Positions 1 to 11,853 of a stretch of DNA of 64,000 nt are shown here, in pieces. Position numbers and translations under genes: made by a program. The stretch is from Octopus vulgaris (Eukaryota). The stretch covers positions 2,914,001 through 2,978,000 of the forward strand of contig OX597824.1 of assembly GCA_951406725.2 (NCBI GenBank), written 5' to 3'. The notes below the pieces were generated by a model. It did not search any database and had not been told where the DNA came from. It saw only the letters and a program-made list of their open reading frames with translations. How positions within the stretch are numbered: position 1 is the first letter of the stretch; the number at the start of each line of letters is the position of its first letter.

Positions 1-170
1 TAAAGAAATTAGAAGACATGCTGTTACTCCTGGATAAACAAATGGAAAGCATCCAAGAAGATTTGCACATTAAGCATTTAGAATTACTGTCGAAGTAAAT
101 CTCCAGGCGACTTTTAGAACGACAATCTGCACGGACCTGACGTAAATATGTAACTCCATCACGCACACAC

Positions 171-257
<87 letters not shown>

Positions 258-300
258 GATCTATATGCATGTATGTATGTATGTATCTGTCTATCTATGC

Positions 301-341
<41 letters not shown>

Positions 342-680
342 CACGTACATATATATTACATACATATGCATATGTGTATACACACGCGTGCGCGTATACA
401 TATTTTACACCGCAAACTTTACATGGAAAAGGAAAAAGTGACGTGGAATTTCGGCTTGCTCACCTTCGAAGTCACTGTCATACTCATAAATCGCTATTAT
501 GTTTAACATAGTATAATAACAAATACATGTGTGTTTGTATATATTTACATATATATATATATATATTATGTACACGTAAAGTTAATCCAAACATGAAAAC
601 ACAGAGAGAAAATGCAACGCAAGGACGGGGAACAAATATAGTGTTATTGGACGCTCAGGAAAGGAAAAAAAGAAGGAGGA

Positions 681-713
681 TTTAACGTTTCGAGCGGAGC
701 TCTTCGTCAGAAA
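681..713 (-). ncRNA. Minimal type I hammerhead ribozyme motif (Penelope pLTR type)
   Basis: Minus strand reads ttt CTGACGA a GAGC-tcc-GCTC GAAA cg TT aaa: core boxes, 4-bp stem II, palindromic ACGT stem III and short stem I. Lies in a ~200-bp unit flanked by (TA)n. Confidence 0.65.
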
Positions 714-1320
714 CATAGGAAAAGGAAAGATCCAAGGAAGGGAAGACGGGGGAGAACAACTCACCAACGGTACACAGGCGGTCATATATATATATATATG
801 TACGTATGTATGTATATTATATATATACACACACATGTGTGTATGATTGTGCATAGAAGAATATATTGCTCAAAGAAATTGCAACTTTGATTTTCACGTT
901 ATATTTACAATCTTATAATAATATAATATAAGGTAATATATAATGTAATGAAATGATAGAATATCAGATGTCCATTCCGATAGAACTTGTACTTTCATGG
1001 CTTAAACTATGCAATCTTCAGGATCATGTAGTTGTGGTAACCGTCATGTTTTGCAATTTGCAACTGCGGTCACATGGCTTAATTGTGCGCCTTAAATACA
1101 TTTGTATAGGATCCAGAATCTTAATTTATGCAAACTGTATTCTGACCAATCAGCGTATGGTTTTACTAAAATACTTCAGTTGATTGGTGTTTGGTTTAGG
1201 CGTCACGGTTTGTTAAACATCTCAATAGACCTGTATTTTGACCGTGGCCAAAGCAGTAATTGTTGGGCTATTTTTAGAAATGTTGTAAACAACATTTCTC
1301 AGGGATTTCTACATTTCAAT

Positions 1321-1497
1321 TATCATCATCATCATCATCATCGTCATCATCATCATCGTCAACATCATCGTCGTCATCATCATCATCGTCGTCATCATCA
1401 TCATCATCATCATCATCATCGTCATCATCATCATCGTCATCATCATCATCGTCATCATCATCATCGTCATCATCATCGTCGTCATCATCATCATCAT
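1321..1497. repeat. (CAT)n/(CGT) trinucleotide microsatellite
   Basis: Direct reading. Confidence 0.95.
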
Positions 1498-1712
1498 CTC
1501 CTTTTTTATTGTTGTTGTTGTTGTTATTGGTGGTGGTGGTAGGAGTAGCTCTGTTAATAGAGCTTTAAACCCCCAAAATAAAATAAATTTTACTGATTTT
1601 TCTCTTGACCTAGCTCGTATTTTTCTGCTATCATCATAATAAGCCCCTTCAGTATTATTATTGTCAGTTATAGTGGTTGTAGCAGTAGAAATAGTACCTC
1701 TAAATATTAGTA

Positions 1713-2114
1713 TTATTGTTTTCTCTGATTCTTTTTTTCAATTTCACTTGGACTTTGTAGTTTGTAGTATGGAAGTATTATAAATATTTTCCGACCGCAT
1801 GTTGCTAGATAGTTACTCAAAAATACCTGACGGACATGTGGGTCTCTAATTTGCTGTAGGTGCACACGTGAACGTTCTGATAGCGTATTTCCAGTCTGAC
1901 CTACATATAGTTCTTCACAATTTGGCCATTTGATGGAGTAAATCAAATTTCGACTTTTGCAGTTCATATTTGCATTTGTGAATCTTTTTAGATTTTTTCA
2001 TCACATATTGGCCAGTATGTATGATTTGGCACGTGACACATCGCCTATCATTGCATTTAGATACAGTGAATGATTGGTCTTTGTTGCTAAGGTCAAATTT
2101 TGCCTTAGGCTGTT

Positions 2115-2115
<1 letters not shown>
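1713..2115 (-). mobile_element. Penelope-like element 3' remnant (GIY-YIG endonuclease)
   Basis: Minus translation KAKFD...KCNDRRCVTCQII (Cys linker), then CKSRNLIYSIKWPNCEELYVGQTGNTLSERSRVH (GIY-YIG signature). Abuts (TA)n. Confidence 0.8.
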
Positions 2116-2154
<39 letters not shown>

Positions 2155-2162
2155 CGTGTGTA

Positions 2163-2555
2163 TTAGCTGGTGTACCCGGTAATTCCCGGGGGTAAAGATG
2201 TTCTATTGAAATATCTTATTACCCCTGATATAAAAAGGTGTATTTACCGCGAGAAAAGCACTGCTGACGTGTTAAGTGAAATTTGGCAATGGAGGATCGA
2301 ATCCACGCTTTACCTGCATGAAGCCATTATATGTCGTGGAAAAAATTTATCTACTGTCATGGAGAAAGTGTGACTGTAAAAATGCAGAATTATCGGAGTA
2401 ATGGGCATTCAAAAATGTACGTATGTATAGAAATGTATGAATGAAGAGATTCAAATTAAGGAAGTGCAACAATAATGTTTAGCAGTTCAAAACTGTGAGT
2501 AGTGAAATGCAGAATTAGGTCGGCTGACCGTGAGATTCAAACATTGATCGCTTCG

Positions 2556-2557
<2 letters not shown>
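2163..2557 (-). mobile_element. Probable degenerate non-autonomous Helitron
   Basis: The minus-strand 3' end has a CCCGGG-aatta-CCGGG hairpin followed by CTAA (degenerate CTAG), like the clearer Helitrons at 15953 and 52875. The other end runs into (TA)n. Confidence 0.4.
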
Positions 2558-2606
<49 letters not shown>

Positions 2607-3485
2607 CTATAATTTATGGCCGGATGGGTGTTGTGACCGTGGCTATTTTGGGAGAAAATCAATTCGATTAACAATGTTATTTCATTGTATATTTCAATAT
2701 GTGATGTTATGAAGATGGCATTTTGTTGAGGCTATTATAGTTACTCTAAGTGCATGGTGTGTCATTAACGAGACTGGGCGGAATTGCAGGTTCCCTGGAG
2801 AATGGTTTTATATTACAGAATACGCAGAGAAGGCTGTATAGTGCTACTGGAACATTCCAGTTGCCATTAACATTGCTGTTGGAGAATTTCAAAGTAACAA
2901 AAGTACGGTGACACATGATGCCACCAGGTTTTCTAGAGTCCATTGTTCGTGCGACGCAGCAAATAATGCTAGCAGGAAAAAGCCAACGGAGAATGGGGAA
3001 CATTGCGGAACGTGACGGTGGAGGAAGTGATGATGGTGGTGGTGATAATGGAGTGCAAGGTAGAAATGAGGAAAAGGAACACAAATGGACATCTTCGGAA
3101 AATGTCGTGTCCTACTGAGAGAAGAAGCTTGCTAAAAATGCAGGCGGCATCTGAAAACCACGGTGCATGGACGACAGTATAGAGAAGGGTGGGGGCAAGC
3201 CCGCCCGTGGGGGCAATTGCGCTCGCAGGCTTGTATACTCGGGTGTACAAAATATATCAAATTTTTCAATTATAAAAAATATACAATACTCGTATGCCTC
3301 TTTGTAACATATGTCGCATTTCTATTATGATTTAAACGGTTAGACCTGAACAGAAATCATCCGGTAATTGCCATATGAATGGAAATTTTAGTTTCCTTAT
3401 AAAACCCATATTGCTCGGTTTGTTCCACCCCCTTGAGACCCAACCACACCCTAGATGAAAAATATAGAAAACTTCATAAGTAATA

Positions 3486-3800
3486 TTTCGTTTTTGGATT
3501 TGGTTTGCAAGATTCTTTATATGAGTTCGTGTGTTGAAGCATATTCTATTGTATCTGGGGAGAGTCATTTTCTTTTTGTGCCTTATGTAACACACTCACC
3601 GATAAAATTTCCACGTTTTTCTTATTTTTATTTTCCTAAAATTTTCGTTGCGTCTTGCAACCATAAACTATTGAAAAGGTTGCAAGACGCAACGAAAATT
3701 TTAGGACAATTAAAATAGGAAAAAAGTGGAAATTTTACCGGTGAGTGTGTTACATAATAAGGCTCAAAAAGAAAATGACTCTCCCCAGACATAATAGAAT
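3486..3800. repeat. Palindromic element (~120-bp inverted arms, 3543-3800), PLE pLTR-like, with a hammerhead-like motif; same family as 60174-60398
   Basis: Arms read directly as reverse complements. 3668-3704 reads cta TTGAAAA g GTTGC-aagac-GCAAC GAAA at TT tag. Confidence 0.8.
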
Positions 3801-4348
3801 TCATAAGTAATGTAAACGTCCTAAATTTAGTGGCGGAGTTAATGAAAGTGTTACGCGTTAATCTAATGTGTTGAACTTATCTTTATTTATGTATATCAAA
3901 TTATACAAGATTTACACAGATATAAGAGTTAGAACATGTGATCCGCCCGCGGACCATTCCTTTTTTTTTTTTGAAAACTTTTGCCCGCCGCACTAAAATT
4001 TTCGTAACTCCTGGTATCGAGGATAGCTATGAAACTATGAAACTATGATGAAAAATATTTAATGGGGTTCGCAAGGGTGGTCTGCTACCCGAGATCAGTG
4101 TATTATCGGAAGGAGTTAAGGAGTTGGAATCATTGTGAACTGCATTCGACAGTGCAGGGTGTATAGGGAGAGCAGTAGAAGAGATAGATGTAACTAAGGC
4201 TCCATTAAAAAAAAAGGAGTGACGAGTGATTTGAGAGATTTGGCTGCTGTTTCTAATTAGTGTAGCTGATGCTTTCTTGTTTCATTTGTGAATATCGTTC
4301 GGCGGTAGAGGTGGGGAGCCGTAAATGTTAGAGTAATAACATATAGTA

Positions 4349-4661
4349 CAGAGGTTCTCAAACTTTTTGGGCCACCGCCCCCTCATGGCCACATAATACC
4401 CTCAGCGCCCTCACCCCTATTTTTATGTATAAATAAATGATTTATATTTTACTCATTTATATATATTATGAATCATTTGATGTTTAAAATAATATTATGT
4501 AATTTGTATACAATCCTGTAATAATATTATAATAAATTCGTAGCGTCCCCCAACGCCTCCTTTTTCTCTAACGCCCCACCCCCACCTTAGACGCCAGCAC
4601 CCACCTCGACCGTCTCAACGCCCACGGGAGGGGGCGGTTGCGATCACTTTGAGAACCTATA
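4349..4661. mobile_element. hAT/Charlie-like MITE
   Basis: TIRs CAGAGGTTCTCAAA ... TTTGAGAACCTATA, subterminal CCGCCCCC/GGGGGCGG, and imperfect 8-bp flanks ATATAGTA/GTTTAGTG. Confidence 0.6.
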
Positions 4662-4921
4662 GTTTAGTGGATGATTTTTTAGGGAAAAGACAAGAAGCTG
4701 GAGGAGAAGGTGGAAGAAAAGATGAGAAAAGAAGACAGTGTAAAAGCAGGTGATGATTCACGGAAGTCGAAAGCCAGACAGAGAGAGAGAGAGAGGAAGA
4801 AAGGAAGAGAGTTAGCTGGAGATGAAGAAAGAATAATAGATAGAGTGAGAGAGAGAAAGAGAGAGGGGGGACAGACATACAGGCACACGGAAAGATTGAA
4901 AAGAAGATAGAAAAAACTTCA

Positions 4922-4923
4922 GG

Positions 4924-4955
<32 letters not shown>

Positions 4956-4961
4956 TAGATT

Positions 4962-5031
<70 letters not shown>

Positions 5032-5087
5032 CGGAGAGAGAAGAGGGAAGGAGGCTAGGTGAGGTGGAAGAGAAGAAAAAATAGAGA

Positions 5088-5125
<38 letters not shown>

Positions 5126-5239
5126 AGTAACTAAAGGAATAAAGATGTGGAGAGTTAAACAGAATATTGAAATAAATAGGTAGCTAGCTATCTAGGTTGG
5201 TAGAAAGACAGACAAAAAGAACAAATAAACAAATAGATT

Positions 5240-5311
<72 letters not shown>
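4922..5311. repeat. (GATA)n/(GACA)n microsatellite complex flanking the 3' end of the Tx1 element
   Basis: Direct reading of tetranucleotide arrays, interrupted by GA-rich sequence. Confidence 0.9.
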
Positions 5312-5312
<1 letters not shown>

Positions 5313-5828
5313 GTTTCTTTATTGGCCACACAGGGCTGCACACAGATGGGACAAGTTACAAGGTAGAGCTTTTCTTTTGGGGGATGAAAAAAAAAAAACA
5401 AAAAAACAAAAAAAGGGGGTGGCGTAGGTTTCGATCAAGAGGGATCGTAAAAGGGAAGAAAAGAACAAAAATAAATAAATTAATTAAATAAAAAATAAAT
5501 AAGAAAAATAAAAATAAAAAAAAAGAAAAGGAAAAGGAACAAAAGAAAAGAGGAATGAAAAAAGAAGAAAAAAGGGGAAGAGGAAAAAAAGGAACGATCA
5601 ATAGGGATCGTGTATCACAGTGTTATGATATATGGTGTAAAGGGGAAAGCAAGTAAGGTTTATCCGTGGGAAGAAAAGCCTACGAAAAAGACCACGGTAA
5701 CCTTGGTCAATATTGTTATGTGTTACCACATTTGTTTGCAAGTGGGTAACCCTCTGTTTTCAATTTCTGGCTTCATAGGATTATGCTCAAGGTGGCTTCG
5801 TCATTCATACGTGCCATCCTTGCTACAT

Positions 5829-8800
5829 TCACCCATCTTTTTTAAAACATTCGCTAGACAAAACTTGCCTCTCAACTCTCACTTTCCTTTTCAAGTGGTA
5901 CTTGAAGAAGTTGATGAGAGATTGACCAGAGAGGAAAGTGTTTGTCTCCAATCCTTTCAGACGCGTCCACCAGATACATTCTTTCGCCATAGCCACAAGG
6001 ATGATGAAAATAGCTCTTCCTTCCCGTTTGAAGGAAGGAGGCGCGACAATATTGACGATAGACTCAGCTGATAAACCGACTCGTCCCACACGTGACAGCA
6101 GTTGTTCGACATAAGCCCACAGGTCGGAAATTGTTGGACACTGCACGAGTGCGTGCAGAACGGTTTCGTCGCTCTGACCGCATCTCGGGCAGGTCGGCCC
6201 CGTGTTTCTCGAGCCGTGTCTGTAGAGCTTATCCCGAACGGGTAGCGCTTCTCGGTAGCACTGCCAGGCCAGGGATCTCTGGAAGTTGTCCATGGGCCCT
6301 GGCCCGAAAGTCGTCCTGAACAGGCGGGTCAGGTACTCCTCGTCGACGTCCAGGTTCGCCCCGAGCTCGTCGTCGTACCTCCCCTCCATTAATCCCCTAT
6401 AGAATGCTTTGGTTGTGTTGAAGTCACTCAAGGTCGACCCAGGACGGCAGAGTTGCTTGAGAGCAACGCGACACTCGCGCTGCCATTCGCCCTTCCTCGG
6501 CCTCTTTTTGATCCACGACTGCAGTTCGGTCATGGAGACGAGCTGCGGGAAAGCGTGCCTCACAAACGGCGACCACACCTGTTCACCGTCGTCTACATAG
6601 AGCCAGAGATGTCGCAGTCTCAGCACGTGTCTGCGCATCATCAACCACGGCATGCCCAGTCCTCCTTTTAACGGGTGTTGACAGCAAATGGATTGCCTGA
6701 CCATCGGGACGCATCCTTTCCACAAGAAGCGAAAGAGAATGCGTTGTAGTTTGGTGATGGTAGGGTCGGGAGAAGGCACGACGGTCAGGCGGTAGTAGAT
6801 GACGGACGCGATGTACGTGTTCGCCACCCCCGCCCGACCTTTTAGGGACAGTTTCCTCTCGGCCCATTGCCGGGCGAGAGTGACCACCCTCCTCGTTATC
6901 TCGTTCCAGTTCTTTTCCACTTGGAGGTCCGGACCAAACCAGACCCCAAGCAACTCAACCGGGCCGTCGGTCCAGCGTCCCACGACGGAGGAGCTGGTGG
7001 ACGGCATGGGCTTGTTTCTCCAGGTGCCTAGTCGCAAGCCCACTGACTTTTCCCGGTTGATTTTCGCTCCTGTCACCGCTTCGTAGTTTTTCAGTGTCTC
7101 GCCGACCAGCTCGATGTGCTCGTGGCTAGACACTATGACGGTGACGTCGTCCGCGTATGCAGACACGCTCGTCCCGCATCCCAGTTCTCGCGGGATGCCC
7201 CTCAAAGTTGCCAGCTTCCGCAATAATGGCTCGAGAGTCAATACGTATAGAAGCGACGAGAGGGGACATCCCTGACGGACCGAACGTGCGATGTCGAAGG
7301 GTCTCGATAGATGTCCATTCACGCGAATTACCGAACGGATGCCTCTGTACAAAGCGGCTATCCAGCCGCGGAAGACGGGACCGAAGCCAGCCGCTCTGAG
7401 GACCGCCTCCAAGTATCGATGGTCCACCCTATCGAAAGCTTTCGATTGATCCAAATTGATCAGCGCTCCACCCATGCCAGGTTCGTTAACTACCCTGTCT
7501 ATGATGTAGCGCATCAGATGGAGGTTGTCATGGATGGTCCGGCCCGGCACGGCGCATGTTTGCGCCTTGTCGACTAGTTTCTCGATGACAAGCGCCAACC
7601 TCTTGGCTAGCACCTTGGCCAAAATTTTCAAGTCTGCATTAAGCAGAGTGATGGGCCTAAAGTTATCTATTACATTTCCCTTGTTTAGATCTTTCTTCAG
7701 CAGTGTTACGGCTCCTCGGCTCACAAAACCAGGAATGGTCCCGTTTTGCTGCCAGTTGCAGTACACCACCGCCAAGAGATCTCCAAACAAGTCTGGCATA
7801 CAATTGTAAAGCTCGTAGGGTAGACCATCCAAACCCGGTGATTTGTCCCTCGAGCATTCTGCCATCGCGTCCTGCACTTCCGCCGCCGTGATGGCACCTT
7901 CGCAGCACCCTGCCTTTCTTGTCGAGAGTCGTGGTAGGCTATGTAGGTAGGCACTGAAGTCCACCCTACGTTCTTGCCCTCCACTCGTCCCGAACAGTCG
8001 GGCAAAATGCTGCTGAAAGGCCTCACACATTTTACTTGGCTCGAGCAATTCGCGCCCCTGTTTATCTACCAGGGACCGAATGGTGGCTTTGTTGCCCTGT
8101 TGCGCCTCTGCCACCCGGGCCTCTCTCGCGGCTCCAACACCTTCGTTCCTTAGAGCACGCATCCTAGCTCTGACAGCACATCCTTCGTGTTTGGCGTTGA
8201 AGTGTTGGTCGAGGGCCAACCTCGCCGCCAAAACGTCGGATGCGATGCCGCTTCTAATTGCCTCTTCTAGCTTCTTAACTAGCTCACCCTCTACTCTATT
8301 TCTATCTATGGCTAGTGCTTTGCTGTACCTAATCGCTTCTGCTTTTACTGCTCTCTTGAGGGCAAACCACCATTTGATGTTGATGATGGCTCCCGTCAAA
8401 GCTCTCTTTACTAGTGTGCTAATCCGGTCTCTGAAAACCTGTCTCGATGGGAAAGACGCGTTTAGTTTCCAGTATCCTGGACCCTGCCTAAGTGTCTTAC
8501 CTAAGCCTAGCGTACATGTCACAAGTTTGTGATCCGTGTAGCTGACAATGTGGAATTGTGGACATCCTATGCTATCTCTGTCTACTGTCCTACACAGTAT
8601 CCTATCTAGATACGATCTCGACGACCCGATGCGGTTGTTCCATGTCCACGTTGGCGCATTCGGGTGGTCAGACAGTTCAAAGCGTCTGAGCAGGTCTCTG
8701 AGGTATTTGCATCCCCGTCTATTCCTATCTCTACCCACGTAGTCTACATGCATGTCCAAGGTAGCATTCCAATCCCCCACTAAGAGTAAAGAACGAGACG

Positions 8801-9194
8801 TTCCCAAGAATACTTCTAGACGTTGAAAGAAATCCGCCCGACCCGTTAAGGGCGGTGCGTAGACTGTTACGAGTCGAAAAGCGCACCCATTGCTGCTGTC
8901 GACATCCAGGACGACCAGTCTACCCTCCGGGTCTACGAATATTGTCCTTACTTTGAGATCCAGACTCTTGCGAAAAAATACCGCGGTGCCACTACCGCCC
9001 ATTCTCGGCAGACAGGGGGGAAAATAAATGTTGAACTGTCCGCCAAACATGGTCTTTAGGGCCCGCGGATTGTGGAGTCTGGTCTCACTTATGGCTATGA
9101 TTTCTAACTTATGTGACTTTATGTCATTTAAGAGGTACCCTTGTTTCCAAGGGCACCCCAAGCCACGTGCATTTACACAACCAATCTTGATCAT
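5829..9194 (-). CDS. ORF2 polyprotein: AP-like endonuclease, reverse transcriptase and C-terminal CCHC zinc finger (Tx1-like)
   Basis: APE motifs NARGL, ISET, GDWN, YLDRI, TDHK. RT motifs SPGLDG, FRPITLLN, DQSKAFDRV, VRQGCPLS, YADD, LLGVWF, GGLG. C-terminal CPRC..ETVLHALVQC. An A-run frameshift near 5840 gives FKKDG*; the shifted frame continues RWVNVARMARMNDEATLSIIL* to about 5773. Confidence 0.93.
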   Translation of the reverse strand: MIKIGCVNARGLGCPWKQGYLLNDIKSHKLEIIAISETRLHNPRALKTMFGGQFNIYFPPCLPRMGGSGTAVFFRKSLDLKVRTIFVDPEGRLVVLDVDSSNGCAFRLVTVYAPPLTGRADFFQRLEVFLGTSRSLLLVGDWNATLDMHVDYVGRDRNRRGCKYLRDLLRRFELSDHPNAPTWTWNNRIGSSRSYLDRILCRTVDRDSIGCPQFHIVSYTDHKLVTCTLGLGKTLRQGPGYWKLNASFPSRQVFRDRISTLVKRALTGAIINIKWWFALKRAVKAEAIRYSKALAIDRNRVEGELVKKLEEAIRSGIASDVLAARLALDQHFNAKHEGCAVRARMRALRNEGVGAAREARVAEAQQGNKATIRSLVDKQGRELLEPSKMCEAFQQHFARLFGTSGGQERRVDFSAYLHSLPRLSTRKAGCCEGAITAAEVQDAMAECSRDKSPGLDGLPYELYNCMPDLFGDLLAVVYCNWQQNGTIPGFVSRGAVTLLKKDLNKGNVIDNFRPITLLNADLKILAKVLAKRLALVIEKLVDKAQTCAVPGRTIHDNLHLMRYIIDRVVNEPGMGGALINLDQSKAFDRVDHRYLEAVLRAAGFGPVFRGWIAALYRGIRSVIRVNGHLSRPFDIARSVRQGCPLSSLLYVLTLEPLLRKLATLRGIPRELGCGTSVSAYADDVTVIVSSHEHIELVGETLKNYEAVTGAKINREKSVGLRLGTWRNKPMPSTSSSVVGRWTDGPVELLGVWFGPDLQVEKNWNEITRRVVTLARQWAERKLSLKGRAGVANTYIASVIYYRLTVVPSPDPTITKLQRILFRFLWKGCVPMVRQSICCQHPLKGGLGMPWLMMRRHVLRLRHLWLYVDDGEQVWSPFVRHAFPQLVSMTELQSWIKKRPRKGEWQRECRVALKQLCRPGSTLSDFNTTKAFYRGLMEGRYDDELGANLDVDEEYLTRLFRTTFGPGPMDNFQRSLAWQCYREALPVRDKLYRHGSRNTGPTCPRCGQSDETVLHALVQCPTISDLWAYVEQLLSRVGRVGLSAESIVNIVAPPSFKREGRAIFIILVAMAKECIWWTRLKGLETNTFLSGQSLINFFKYHLKRKVRVERQVLSSECFKKDG

Positions 9195-9238
9195 AATCCT
9201 AATGAATTAGAATACAAGTGAAAGGAACAGAGGGTTAC

Positions 9239-11156
9239 TTACTGCTCGAAAGTTTTTGCTTTCTCCTCCTTTAGTTTGTCCTCGAGGAGATCCCAGTACA
9301 GTTTCTTTGTGAGATATTTTTGGCATTTACTAACCGCACTGGGGAAAATGCCTTTGAGTGTGTGGTGCAGACTTTTGGAGATGTGTAATATTTTGATCTG
9401 GTTTGGTGGTGTTGTGTATGGGTGATTGTTTGTTTTTATGTCATCTTCTGTTATGTTTGTTTTTGATTGGATGTATTCCATCAAATTTGTGTTTTTGGTG
9501 TCTATAGCTGTGAGCATGTTTGCTGTATATATTTTTGTGGTGTTGGTGTGGCTGTTGTTTGTGTTGGGTTTTGAAATGTCTTCGGGAGATTTATTTCCCC
9601 CTGCTTTGTTCGTGTTTGCATTTGGTTTGGTTGTGTTTCTGCTCTTTATTTTCCTTCTTTTTGTAGCTATTTGCCATTCCTCACTGGTTTCGTCTTCTGA
9701 CGAAATTTCTGAGGAATCAGTAGGGGGTAGGGGTATGTTGTAGGCTTCTATGTATGTCTGTGTAAGTGGTTGTGCTGTTGTTTTCGTTGTTGTTGGTTGT
9801 TGAGTGTTTGCGTGTGTTGAGTGCGGTATAAGGGATGGGGGATCAGTTTTTGTGTGTTTTCTTTGTTTTTCTGTTCCTTTGGGTTTTGCTGTTGTTGGTG
9901 GTGTTGGTATTTTTTCAGGTGTTGAGTGGTTTTTGGTTGATGACGGATTAGCTTGGTGTGCTTCTCTTGTCGTCTTCTGTGTTGATGGTGGTGTGGGTAG
10001 TAGAGCTTTTTTCCGGAGTGCTTTGGTTGTGGTAGTGGTTGTTGTTGTTGCTCTTGGTGTGCAGTGGTTGGGCACGTCTTTTTCAAGTGTGTTTCGCTTC
10101 CACACAAATAGCAGCGTGGTCGCCTTCCCTCTACCACTACATAAAGTTTGTAGCCTCCTGGCAGTTCTATAGTGGTGGGTATCTTCTCTTTTGCTGCTTC
10201 ATCCAATTGAAGAAGGAATTCGATTGATTTTCCCACATAGTCTTTCTCTCCTAGAACAGCGATTTCAAGCGATGTCTCTGACATTGTCTCTGTCATTTCA
10301 AAGCAGATGGCAGAGACTAACCATTGTGTTTCGACTTCAAGGGGTACATTTTTTATTTGGACTTTCGAGATTCTCTTGTTTAAATAGATTGGTATCATTA
10401 CCAAATCGTCCGAATGCAGCTCCAATGTGGAAAAACGTTTTGCTAAATTTTCGTTGAGGAAACGTACTTGGACTGTACCAAATTTATTTCCCCAACTAAT
10501 ATATTCCTTCGAGTCCTATGCAGGACGAAGGCATTTTTCAATTTTTTCCTGTGGTGCATTTTCTGGTCGTCTTGTTTTCTTGTTTATTACTTTATAAATT
10601 ATTGTTTTTTTTTGTGTGTGTTTTCCACGATGTGTTGTGGAATGTGAAGGTGCAATTTGTCTCCTTCTTTGGTGAAGAGTGCTTTTGTGCGGTTTATTTC
10701 CTGTGTGGTGAATTTTACAATTGTTCGTTTTTGTTTTGTCACATCCGCGAAATTCGTTTTAAATTTGGCGGTGTTGGCAGCAGAAGGGTTAGTTGTAGCA
10801 GTTGAAGTCGTAGTAGTGGTGTTGGTGTTGGCGGTGTTATCTTTGGTAGGCGGCTTTGTGCCCATTTCGTTGTTGTTGTTGGTGGTGGTGATGGTGGTGG
10901 TGCTGGCATTCATGTTTACGTCTGTATTCGTTTTTGAAATCCCTTTCTCCGTCCTTTTATCATCGACAAGTGGTGTAGGGAGTGGGTGGAAATCTAAGTT
11001 AATGATCGCGACGTTAGTTTTGCTGTTGTTGTTGGTGGTGGTGGTGACAGCGGTGTTCAAGCTGCGAGGTTTAGCAGCTAGTGGTAGCAATAGTGTTTCG
11101 CTACCGTTCTGCATGACTGGCGGGCTAGCCACGTGGTTTCTAGTTGCCATTTTCAA
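9239..11156 (-). pseudogene. Disrupted ORF1 (gag-like nucleic-acid-binding protein) of the Tx1-like element
   Basis: Three ORF pieces (10599-11156, 9748-10425, 9239-10105) joined by frameshifts and a stop, one frameshift at a T-run near 10605. Includes KVQIKNVPLEV...LYVVVEGRRPRCYLCGSETHLKKTCP (C-X2-C-X4-H-X4-C knuckle) and a Thr/Asn/Pro-rich tail. Ends 45 bp before ORF2. Confidence 0.8.
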
Positions 11157-11370
11157 AATGAAAAATGGCTAAAAAGGACCAACGAAAGTTTTGAAAGTTT
11201 TTGGTAATTTCGCCCATATAGGGGCGGAATTCTACGTGAATAATTCTCAGGTTTTTTAGTGAATGAACTTGCACAACGATTAAAACAAAATATTTGACAA
11301 CAAGGAGTTTTAAACATATAAAAGTGGCCAACTTACGTGGAACCGAAATGACTAGCGTCCGTCCATTGTG

Positions 11371-11853
<483 letters not shown>

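Larger units (their letters stand above)
5312..11371 (-). mobile_element. Near full-length Tx1/L1-clade non-LTR retrotransposon inserted in a (GATA)n microsatellite
   Basis: Contains 5' UTR, ORF1 remnants with a CCHC knuckle, ORF2 (APE+RT+CCHC) and a 3' UTR ending AATAAAGAAACT, followed directly by (TATC)n on the sense strand. The 5' end also abuts (TATC)n. The ORF1/ORF2 architecture matches the Tx1 clade. Confidence 0.9.

Noticed and set aside
1102-1542. His-rich 146-aa ORF
   Set aside because: The His tract is the (CAT)n microsatellite; the rest is unrecognisable.
6092-8742. Numerous plus-strand ORFs overlapping ORF2
   Set aside because: Antisense shadows of a GC-rich coding sequence.
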